Shown piece by piece: positions 27,066-34,859 of a DNA stretch of 64,000 nucleotides. The notes beneath the pieces were generated by a model, which was given only the letters and a program-made list of their open reading frames with translations, had not been told where the DNA came from and did not search any database. Source of the stretch: Desulfuromonas sp. (GTDB lineage: Bacteria > Desulfobacterota > Desulfuromonadia > Desulfuromonadales > UBA2294). The stretch lies in assembly GCA_002869615.1 (NCBI GenBank), contig PKUH01000001.1, forward strand, positions 71,937-135,936. The letters run 5' to 3'. A program made the position numbers and the translations under genes. Within the stretch, counting starts at the first letter, position 1; every line of letters begins with the position of its first letter.

Positions 27066-27887
27066 TTATTTTTCTCCACTGGCAGCGGCATGGGCGATTT
27101 CTGTCAACATTTCAGCTTGCTTGTAGCCGGGATCAACGAAACCATTCGGGTAGACCAGGGTCGGCGTCGAACGGAGACCGAGTTCGGCGGCGATTGCCAT
27201 CGTCTTTTCAATCACGCCGGTCTCACAACTTGCCGGCTGCGCGGCGAGTAGCTTAAGCTGTTTGTCATTGCCGATCGCCGCAAAACTGGCAGCGAGCAGG
27301 TTCATATCCTTGTTGCAGATGACATTCTTCGCAATCGGATAGGCGTTCTTGTGCATCGGCAACGGCAGCATCTTGATCAGGTAGGCAATATCAGCGTTCT
27401 CCTCGACTACTTTCTCCAGTTCGGCATGCAGGCGTCCGCAATACGGGCACTCGGGGTCGGTCAGGACAATGACTTTGGTTTTCGCGTCCTTTTTGCCGAG
27501 CAACAAGGCATCGTCGACCGGAATTTTGCTGACATCGACAAAGAGATCTTTTTTCGGCTGCTGTGCGATCCGCTCCTGGGTGATGTTCTTGCCATCCGCC
27601 AGACGGATGATGTTGCCACTGACAACGTACTGCTTTGAAAAATCAATAAAGATCGGAAACGTCTGACCACTCTTTTCGACATCGACGACAAACAGGCCCG
27701 GCATTTCGGCGAACTCGACTTTATGCACCTTGTCGATACCCCGCCCCAGGATCTCGTTTGCTTCCTTGATATCCATGCTGTGACAGTCACGGCAATCACC
27801 GGCGCCGCAGCCATCTCCACTACCACCGAAAGCGAAAATCGGGGTTGAACTCAGAAGAACGAAAAGCATTAAGAAAACGAACCGCAT
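27066..27887 (-). CDS. periplasmic thiol:disulfide interchange protein (DsbC/DsbG-like) with an N-terminal Cys-rich CxxCH segment
   Basis: A signal peptide is followed by GDGCGAGDCRDCHS. The protein has the N-terminal dimerisation-like domain of DsbC. The thioredoxin-fold active site is DPECPYCGRLH. Confidence 0.75.
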   Translation of the reverse strand: MRFVFLMLFVLLSSTPIFAFGGSGDGCGAGDCRDCHSMDIKEANEILGRGIDKVHKVEFAEMPGLFVVDVEKSGQTFPIFIDFSKQYVVSGNIIRLADGKNITQERIAQQPKKDLFVDVSKIPVDDALLLGKKDAKTKVIVLTDPECPYCGRLHAELEKVVEENADIAYLIKMLPLPMHKNAYPIAKNVICNKDMNLLAASFAAIGNDKQLKLLAAQPASCETGVIEKTMAIAAELGLRSTPTLVYPNGFVDPGYKQAEMLTEIAHAAASGEK

Positions 27888-28046
27888 TGAACAACCTCTC
27901 AGCCAGATTAGTGAGCGTTATTTACCATACAAGTAATCATGATACTCCCTGACAATCCTTTATGGCAAGACCTTATCCACCAGACAATATAACCATTGAA
28001 TAAAATATGCGCAAGTTGCCCCTGCCCCTAATCGCAGTTGATGCTG

Positions 28047-28075
28047 TTGACATAAGAGTGTCCGAGCGGCAATAT
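28047..28075 (+). promoter_or_regulatory. candidate sigma70 promoter of mntP
   Basis: TTGACA (28047-28052), a 17-nt spacer, then CAATAT (28070-28075), about 30 nt before the mntP ATG. Confidence 0.25.
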
Positions 28076-28107
28076 CAAATCGAAGCCTACTGAACCGGAC
28101 AAAAAAC

Positions 28108-28674
28108 ATGAACTTTCTAACCCTTTTTGGAATTGCCGTCGCACTGGCGATGGATGCTTTTGCCGTCGCTCTTAGCGTAGGGGTCGCGGTCTCCCCTCTG
28201 ACCGGCCGTCATTTTTTCCGCCTCGGCTTTCACTTCGGATTATTCCAGGCGCTGATGCCGGTGATCGGCTGGCTGGTCGGCCGGACCGTCCAATCCTACA
28301 TTATCGACTTCGACCACTGGATCGCCTTCGCCTTGCTCGTCTTTGTCGGCGGACATATGATCCATGAAGCACTCCACCCGGAAAAAGAGGAGCGCCAACC
28401 GGGTGACCCGACACGTGGCATGTCGCTTGTTTTTCTTTCGATCGCGACCAGCATTGACGCCCTCGCCGTCGGTTTGTCGCTCGGCATGCTCAAGATCACG
28501 GTCTGGCTGCCGGCACTGATTATCGGCCTGGTTGCCGGAATTTTCACGATCATCGGAATGCAGATTGGTCGCAAGGTTGGGAACAAATGGGGCGGCAATG
28601 TCGAAATTTTCGGCGGAATTGTATTAATTCTGATCGGGATCAAGATCGTGCTGGAGCACACGCTGGGCATTTAA
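28108..28674 (+). CDS. mntP: manganese efflux pump MntP (YebN family)
   Basis: MNFLTLFGIAVALAMDAFAVALSVG and the second-half repeat SIATSIDALAVGLSLG are the duplicated DUF204 motifs. The protein has 6 TM helices and 188 aa. Confidence 0.85.
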   Translation: MNFLTLFGIAVALAMDAFAVALSVGVAVSPLTGRHFFRLGFHFGLFQALMPVIGWLVGRTVQSYIIDFDHWIAFALLVFVGGHMIHEALHPEKEERQPGDPTRGMSLVFLSIATSIDALAVGLSLGMLKITVWLPALIIGLVAGIFTIIGMQIGRKVGNKWGGNVEIFGGIVLILIGIKIVLEHTLGI

Positions 28675-28690
28675 CAAAATCAAACCCTTC

Positions 28691-28836
28691 GCCACGGAGC
28701 CACCAAGTAAACCTTAAAACCTCCGGGGCAAACAAAAAAGGTTTAAAATCGTTGTTTTTTTTGCGACTTCGTCTAAGGGCGTCTGCTACTGATGTCATAT
28801 AATAACAGGATTTGATTTTCTTGGTGTCTTGGTGGC
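28691..28836. repeat. intergenic element bounded by inverted arrays of an 8-bp unit (copy B)
   Basis: The left end is GC-CACGGAGC-CACCAAGT (28691-28708). The right end is TCTTGGTG-TCTTGGTG-GC (28819-28836). The ends are reverse complements at 14 of 18 positions and about 110 bp apart, between the convergent mntP and dctM genes. Confidence 0.5.
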
Positions 28837-28853
28837 TAACTGATTTGAGTTTT

Positions 28854-30131
28854 TTAACCGGCCAACCACAATGACAGGCTCGGCCAATAGGTGATGATCA
28901 GCACCGAGAGCAGCAGGACAATAAAAAACGGAATGGTTGACCGGTAGATCGTTGTGATCGGCTTTTCAAAACGATATCCGGCGATAAAAAGGTTGAGACC
29001 GACCGGAGGGGTCAGATAACCGAGCTGCATATTGGCAAGGAAGATAATCCCGAGATGCAACGGATCGATCTGGTAGCCGATGGCAACCGGGAGAATCAGC
29101 GGCACCACCAGGACCAGTGCCGAGAAGATATCGAGGATGGCCCCGAGAACCAGAAGAAACAGGTTGAGCAACAATAGAAAACCGAGCCGGCTCGATACGT
29201 GGTCGTGAACAAACGCAAACAGCTTTTCCGGCACCCCGGCATCAATCATGTAGGTCGTTGACGCCAGCGACAATCCGAGAATCACCATAATGCCGCCCAC
29301 CAGCGCCATTGATTTGCGAATGATCCCGGGCAAAGCTCTGAATTCGATTTCACGAAGAATCAGCACTTCGACGACAAGAACGTAGACTGCCGTGACCGAT
29401 GCCGCTTCGGAGACTGCAAAAAAACCGCTGTAAATTCCACCGAGAACAATAAACGGCAGCGGAAGATCCCAGATCGACTCGCGCAGAGCGCCGGCCAGTC
29501 CGGAAAGCGAAAAAGATGCGAGCGGTCGGCGCAGGCTGCGGTTGCTCCAGATCGTCCAAGCACTAAGCAGGGCGACCATCAGGATACCCGGAAACAGACC
29601 GGCCAGGAAAAGCCGATCGATCGAAACGGTGACGCCGGTTGCCGTCTGTTGGGCGACGATACCGTAAAGAATCAGTGGCAGCGACGGGGCAAAAAGCAAT
29701 CCGAGGCTCCCCGAGGTCGTGACCAGGCCGAGACTGAACTGTTCATCGTAGCCATCTTCAATCAGGGCCGGAAAAAGAAGGGCACCAAGAGCAATAATTG
29801 TGACCCCTGAAGCACCGGTGAATGCCGTAAACAGGGCACAGGCGGTAAGTGCAACAACGGCCAATCCGCCCGGCATCCATCCGATCAGAGAGCGGGTCAC
29901 CCGGACCAGGCGGCTCGGAGCGTCGCTTTCACTGAGCAGGTACCCGGCGAAAGTAAAAAGCGGGATTGCCAGCAGGATCGGCATCTCGGCAATCCGATAG
30001 ACCTCTATCGTCATCACCGAGAGATCAATATCCTGACGATAAAAACCCCACATGGCGCTGGCGGCAATGATCGTAAAGAGCGGCGCTCCGCAGACAGCGA
30101 GGATAAAAAGTCCGAGACCGACGAGAATCAT
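28854..30131 (-). CDS. dctM: TRAP transporter large permease subunit
   Basis: A 425-aa polytopic protein with a typical DctM N-terminus and length. Its start overlaps the dctQ stop by 4 nt. Confidence 0.85.
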   Translation of the reverse strand: MILVGLGLFILAVCGAPLFTIIAASAMWGFYRQDIDLSVMTIEVYRIAEMPILLAIPLFTFAGYLLSESDAPSRLVRVTRSLIGWMPGGLAVVALTACALFTAFTGASGVTIIALGALLFPALIEDGYDEQFSLGLVTTSGSLGLLFAPSLPLILYGIVAQQTATGVTVSIDRLFLAGLFPGILMVALLSAWTIWSNRSLRRPLASFSLSGLAGALRESIWDLPLPFIVLGGIYSGFFAVSEAASVTAVYVLVVEVLILREIEFRALPGIIRKSMALVGGIMVILGLSLASTTYMIDAGVPEKLFAFVHDHVSSRLGFLLLLNLFLLVLGAILDIFSALVLVVPLILPVAIGYQIDPLHLGIIFLANMQLGYLTPPVGLNLFIAGYRFEKPITTIYRSTIPFFIVLLLSVLIITYWPSLSLWLAG

Positions 30132-30643
30132 GCCTCACCCTGCCAGTTTTTTAGCTGCTGAAGTCGGTGCAAAAAGAACACGGCATAACGATAGGCGATC
30201 AGGCCGAAAGCGAGCGGTATAATCAGCTCGAATATCCAGGCCGGCTGTCCGGACAGAACGGTTGAACCGAACTCCTGCTCCATGCGGACAAAACCAACAC
30301 CATGCCAGGCGAGAACCGCACAGACAAAAACGGTAAACAAATCGAGCAGCAACCGTAGAAACAGGTTCTTTTTTTCCGGAAGAAAGCGGGAGAGGATATC
30401 AATGCTGATGTGCCGGTCATCGCGACTTGCCGCGACTGCCCCGAGCAGACCGAGCCAGAGAACCAGCAACCGCAGCAACTCATCCGACCAGAAGAAGGAG
30501 CTATCGAAAAAGTTACGCTGAACAATTTGCATGGCGCCAAGCACGATCATCAGGCCAAGAAAAAGGCACAGCAGGCTGTTTTCAAGCGTCCGGCCGTATT
30601 GGTCTAAGCGCTCCAGCAGCCGGTTCTTGCCGGAGTTCATCAA
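30128..30643 (-). CDS. dctQ: TRAP transporter small permease subunit
   Basis: A 171-aa, 4-TM protein between the DctP-like and DctM genes, with overlapping start and stop codons. Confidence 0.8.
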   Translation of the reverse strand: MMNSGKNRLLERLDQYGRTLENSLLCLFLGLMIVLGAMQIVQRNFFDSSFFWSDELLRLLVLWLGLLGAVAASRDDRHISIDILSRFLPEKKNLFLRLLLDLFTVFVCAVLAWHGVGFVRMEQEFGSTVLSGQPAWIFELIIPLAFGLIAYRYAVFFLHRLQQLKNWQGEA

Positions 30644-31653
30644 TTATCGCCCCGGGAGACTTTGCCGTTGCGATATTCTTCAAGCCGGGAAGCAAGTTTC
30701 CGGTAGAGGGGGAGTGAAAACTCACCCTCATCTCCAAGCTCTTCAATCAATGTGTCGGCTGCGTTTTGCCAACGTTCTTTTTCGGCCGGCGGGGTATTAA
30801 CAAATTCAATCCCCTGATCGGTCATCGCCTTGATCGCCTCTTGATTATTCTTGCGGTTGATCAGGTTGAGCTTGGTATAAACACGCCCCATGACTTCGCG
30901 CACCAGCAACTGATCCGGCTCGGAAAGTTTACTGAAAAACCGGTTATCGATCACCAGGGTGCCATATATGTAAGAAAGCGGTGTATCGGTCACATACTTG
31001 ATCCGGGTATGCCATTGAAACGCCAGGGCTCCGATCGGAGAGGCCGCAACAACCTCGATCAGCCTGGCCTGCAAACCGGTCATAACATCGGTGATCGGCA
31101 GGCTGACCGGAGCCAGTCCGAAGGACTTCATAATCCGGTAGCTGATCTGATCCCCTTCCGGCACCCAGACCTTGAGCCCGCTGACATCGGAAATTGACCG
31201 GATTGGTGCCGGCGACATGATGTAGGCGAAGCCCCCTTCGGCAAAACCGAAGCAGGCAAAACCTCCCGCTTCGAGTTCGCTCTTGAGATCGTCGTCAATC
31301 ACTTTGCGGACGTAGTCAACCTCTTCGTAGGAACGGAAGATCATCGGCAAACTCATGATATTGACATTATTGGAAACCGCCTCTAGGCTGCCGGCAATAA
31401 AGGCACCGCCATGCAGCTGACCGATACGGATCTTGCGCATCACACTCTTGTCGTTGCCCATGACCCCGCCGGCAAAAAACTTGATCCGGACCCGTCCCTT
31501 GCTGCGCAGACCGATTTCCTCGGCCCCGGCCCGCATATCCTGCATCCAGACCGAACCTTCCGGTGCCGCGGTTGCGATCTTGAGCGTGACGGCACCGACC
31601 GGTTGACAAAAGGTTAACAACAGAACAAATAGAATACTAATTCGAACAGACAT
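30640..31653 (-). CDS. dctP: TRAP transporter periplasmic substrate-binding subunit (DctP family)
   Basis: A signal peptide is followed by LKIATAAPEGSVWMQ... The 337-aa size and operon context fit the family. Confidence 0.8.
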   Translation of the reverse strand: MSVRISILFVLLLTFCQPVGAVTLKIATAAPEGSVWMQDMRAGAEEIGLRSKGRVRIKFFAGGVMGNDKSVMRKIRIGQLHGGAFIAGSLEAVSNNVNIMSLPMIFRSYEEVDYVRKVIDDDLKSELEAGGFACFGFAEGGFAYIMSPAPIRSISDVSGLKVWVPEGDQISYRIMKSFGLAPVSLPITDVMTGLQARLIEVVAASPIGALAFQWHTRIKYVTDTPLSYIYGTLVIDNRFFSKLSEPDQLLVREVMGRVYTKLNLINRKNNQEAIKAMTDQGIEFVNTPPAEKERWQNAADTLIEELGDEGEFSLPLYRKLASRLEEYRNGKVSRGDN

Positions 31654-31674
31654 TATCTTGCCCCCGGGTGTGAA

Positions 31675-32529
31675 TTAAAAGTAATCATCAGCGGAATCCA
31701 GAAGTTCCCGGGCCCGCTCCTTGGCCAGCGCGTTCTGCAGAGTCAATCCTTCGGCTTCAACCGGTGCATCGAGAATCTCCTGCAGAACCCGGTCATGCAG
31801 TTCACGATCGTAAACCATCCGGGCATATGAGTTAGCCAGTTCAAACTTGGCCGAAAGGTTGCGCCCCTCGCTCAACTCAATCGCCCGTTCAAAATAAAAT
31901 CGTCCTTCATCCGGCTTGCCGCCGAGGGACGGCGGGCGCAGACTCTTCAGCATGCCGAGATAAACCAGAGCGGCCCCCTGCCGATAATATTCATCAGTCG
32001 CAACAATATGCTCCAGCGCGGCCTCGTATTTCGGCAGGCCGGCAATCACCGACCAGTCAGTGCTGTTGAACTGGGCCCAGGCGAGCCAGCTAACAATATT
32101 GGCAAAAAGTGCCGGGAACTTATTCTCTTCAATCCTGTTCAGAATCGAACGAAACTGATCAAAATCGGCATGTTCGAGATCGCAGGCAAAATCGGCATCA
32201 AGGCAAAGGGCCCTTGCTCCATAAGACCTGGCCCGGTCAACCAGGCGCCGTCCCCGGTCCGGCTCGTTGACAAACAGAACGGCATAGGCGCTATAGAGTT
32301 CGGCCCCGGCTTGCAGCCGTTCCGGATTGTCCGGAGCACCGGCAATCAGGGCATCGGTCGCGACCAGGAAGGTCGGCATCGCTTGCCGGATCGTATCCGG
32401 ATCCGGGTTATCCATCATCGCATCGGACAGCGTCTGCTGGAATCGGGAGAGTCCGCAACCGGATAACAGCAGCAATATTCCGCAGCTTATCAACAGGCAA
32501 TAAAAATTTTGCTTCATGATCTTCAGCAT
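31675..32529 (-). CDS. tatT: TRAP-associated TatT-family TPR lipoprotein (T component of a TPAT transporter)
   Basis: The lipoprotein signal is LLLLSGCGL. The body is helical and TPR-like and ends ...GRFYFERAIELSEGRNLSAKFELANSYARMVYDRELHDRVLQEILD, as in TatT-family proteins. It lies directly upstream of dctPQM. Confidence 0.7.
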   Translation of the reverse strand: MLKIMKQNFYCLLISCGILLLLSGCGLSRFQQTLSDAMMDNPDPDTIRQAMPTFLVATDALIAGAPDNPERLQAGAELYSAYAVLFVNEPDRGRRLVDRARSYGARALCLDADFACDLEHADFDQFRSILNRIEENKFPALFANIVSWLAWAQFNSTDWSVIAGLPKYEAALEHIVATDEYYRQGAALVYLGMLKSLRPPSLGGKPDEGRFYFERAIELSEGRNLSAKFELANSYARMVYDRELHDRVLQEILDAPVEAEGLTLQNALAKERARELLDSADDYF

Positions 32530-32585
32530 CCCGGTCCTTCCTGCAGCTCCGGCAAGAGACCTGAGTTATTCATGCGGTATTAACT

Positions 32586-33524
32586 TTACTCGTCTTTATA
32601 TGATTCCTCAAGCTCGACATTAACCATCGCTTCTGCTTCGATAAAAACCTTTTTGACCTCCGGCTGAGCCGTCCTGATCTGGCGATCAATTTCGGCAACC
32701 AGCTTTTCAAGCTGATTCGAGGTCAAACTGTCATCAAAATTGATGCTGATATTTGCCAGGATATAATCCGGCCCCATGTGCAGGGTCAGTATTTCGTTGA
32801 CGTTGCCAACTCCGTCATTCCGATAGATCAACTCCCTGATCTCCCGGACTACCCTGATTTGCGCCCGCTCACCAATCAGCAACCCCTTGGTTTCATACGC
32901 CAGCCAGGCGGCCGTTCCGAACAGCAGCAGCCCGATCAGGACCGACGCCAGAGCGTCATAAACCGGGTCCCCGGTCAAATCCGCCAGCAGCACGCCGAAA
33001 AAAGCAACAGCCAGACCGAGCAACGCCGCCGAATCTTCAAACAGGACCACAAAAAGGGTCGGATCCTTGCCACGCTGCACGGCTTCGATGTAGCCCCACT
33101 TCCCCTTGGCTCTCGAGAATTCGGTCAACGCGAAAAAGAGCGCCGCCCCTTCGAACAGCATGGCCAGGCCGAGGACAAAATAGCTGACCAGGCTTTTTTC
33201 AACCGGCTGCGGATGCAGCAGTCGCCCGACCCCCTCGTACATCGAAATACCGCCGCCGAGACCGAAGATCAGGATGGCAACAACGAAACTCCAGAAATAG
33301 ACCTCCTTGCCGTGGCCGAAGGGATAGAGTTCATCAGCCGGCTTTTTTGCCTGCTTCAAACCATAGAGGAGGAGCACCTGGTTGCCGGTATCAACAACCG
33401 AATGGATACCTTCGGCCAACATCGCCGCACTGCCGGTGATGACAGCTGCGATGAATTTGGTAATCGCAACCAGCGTATTGCCGATCAGGGCAGCGTAAAT
33501 AACCTTTTTTGATCCGCTGGCCAT
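32586..33524 (-). CDS. cation diffusion facilitator (CDF) family divalent-metal efflux transporter
   Basis: KKVIYAALIGNTLVAITKFIAAVITGSAAMLAEGIHSVVDTGNQ is a typical CDF TM1-TM2 with the HxxxD site. The protein has six TM helices plus a C-terminal cytoplasmic domain. Confidence 0.85.
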   Translation of the reverse strand: MASGSKKVIYAALIGNTLVAITKFIAAVITGSAAMLAEGIHSVVDTGNQVLLLYGLKQAKKPADELYPFGHGKEVYFWSFVVAILIFGLGGGISMYEGVGRLLHPQPVEKSLVSYFVLGLAMLFEGAALFFALTEFSRAKGKWGYIEAVQRGKDPTLFVVLFEDSAALLGLAVAFFGVLLADLTGDPVYDALASVLIGLLLFGTAAWLAYETKGLLIGERAQIRVVREIRELIYRNDGVGNVNEILTLHMGPDYILANISINFDDSLTSNQLEKLVAEIDRQIRTAQPEVKKVFIEAEAMVNVELEESYKDE

Positions 33525-34291
33525 TACCTCTCCTCGCCGTCAATCAGGACCCGGTCGACAAAGTTGCGAACCAGGCCGTTCGAGTCCGGTGTCTCGACCG
33601 CCGATGCAAGAACCTCGTCGAGATGACCGTCACCATCGGTATATTTTTCTTTATAGAAAGTCAGCCGTTCGACCAGCCGCGCCTTGTCAACCTCGGGATG
33701 AAACTGGAAAGCCCAGAACGGCTTTCCGATGACTTTGAACGAATGACAACATTCAGCGGTATAGGCGAGTTCAACACAGCCCTCCGGCGGCAGCATTGTC
33801 TTTTCCTGATGTACCGAGACAGCCGGAAAACCCTCCGGAACGCCACGGAAGACCGGGTCATTATGCGCAATCTCGCGCAGAGAGATCGGCACTGTTCCCA
33901 TTTCAAAGTTTTCCGTATCGCGCGTGATGATGCCGCCGAGAGCCGTCACGACCAGTTGGAATCCGAAACAGGAAGCGAATACCGGCAGGCCAGTATCGAT
34001 ACAGGAACGCAACAGCTTCTCGCCGTACGGGACAAAGGTGTAGACCTCCGGTTCAAGCACCGAGGCATCACTGGCACCGCCAACGAAGAGGGCATCGTAG
34101 CCATCAACAATGTCGGGTTCGAATCGCGGGTTATCGAATACGTTATGGATATCGATCTGATCCGGAGCCAGGCCACTGTAATCGGAGAAGCTCTCGTGCT
34201 CTTCACGCCGGACCTGAGGGTCGCGACGGATCTGCAACAGTAAAACCTTTAACGTTTCCTTCTTTTTCACCAAACAGTCTCCGGCAATCAA
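33524..34291 (-). CDS. class I glutamine amidotransferase-like protein (GuaA-type GATase1 domain only)
   Basis: The nucleophile-elbow region is VFASCFGFQLV and the His region is FQFHPE. The stop (TAA) shares one base with the CDF ATG (TAATG). Confidence 0.75.
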   Translation of the reverse strand: MIAGDCLVKKKETLKVLLLQIRRDPQVRREEHESFSDYSGLAPDQIDIHNVFDNPRFEPDIVDGYDALFVGGASDASVLEPEVYTFVPYGEKLLRSCIDTGLPVFASCFGFQLVVTALGGIITRDTENFEMGTVPISLREIAHNDPVFRGVPEGFPAVSVHQEKTMLPPEGCVELAYTAECCHSFKVIGKPFWAFQFHPEVDKARLVERLTFYKEKYTDGDGHLDEVLASAVETPDSNGLVRNFVDRVLIDGEER

Positions 34292-34339
34292 AATAAGAAC
34301 CTGATTTTTATAGCATAAAGCTCAGGAACCTGCATCGGT

Positions 34340-34858
34340 TTAACTCTTAGTTCTTGTCATTTTCTTTATCAACCCTGCATTCAGTCGGGCCCGCTCCGGG
34401 TCCGGGTCCGGTTGCGTCGGTACCTGTGAAAGCATGCCGAGATATGAATCCGGGAAAAAATTGTACCGGGCGCCGATCAGCACCAGGTCGCGGTACCAGT
34501 CGAACGGCACCATCGCCGGGTCCTGCCGCTCCGGTTTTGCCAGATATGTCATGGCCGTAAGGCTTTCACCGGCAAAAACGACGTCAAACGGTTCACAACT
34601 GTACCCCGGGCCTTCCGCTTCATCGAGAGCCGGTTTATCGACCTGGTACATCGTAAAAAGAACGCCCCAGGCCTTATCGTTCAGGCAACCGGTTCCAAGG
34701 AGGTCGCATTTGCCGGAATCATCCATACCGATCTTGTGAAAAACGAGACGATAACCGGGCAGCGCAACCGGCCCAACCCATTTGGCACTCGGTACCCGCT
34801 GTTGCAGGCGGAGCGGGTGCAGGTTGGAACCATAAGCGAGATAGACGATCTCGACCAT
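34340..34858 (-). CDS. gamma-glutamylcyclotransferase-like (AIG2/GGCT fold) protein
   Basis: The N-terminal LAYGSNLHPLRL matches the YGSL/YGSN motif of the GGCT-like fold. The protein is 172 aa. Confidence 0.6.
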   Translation of the reverse strand: MVEIVYLAYGSNLHPLRLQQRVPSAKWVGPVALPGYRLVFHKIGMDDSGKCDLLGTGCLNDKAWGVLFTMYQVDKPALDEAEGPGYSCEPFDVVFAGESLTAMTYLAKPERQDPAMVPFDWYRDLVLIGARYNFFPDSYLGMLSQVPTQPDPDPERARLNAGLIKKMTRTKS

Positions 34859-34859
34859 A

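Noticed and set aside
27888-28107. A possible yybP-ykoY (Mn2+) riboswitch upstream of mntP, a common arrangement in other bacteria.
   Set aside because: I could find a TTGACATAAGAG-like stretch but not the conserved GGGGAGUAG element on the plus strand. The TTGACA fits better as a -35 box. An Rfam RF00080 scan would settle it.
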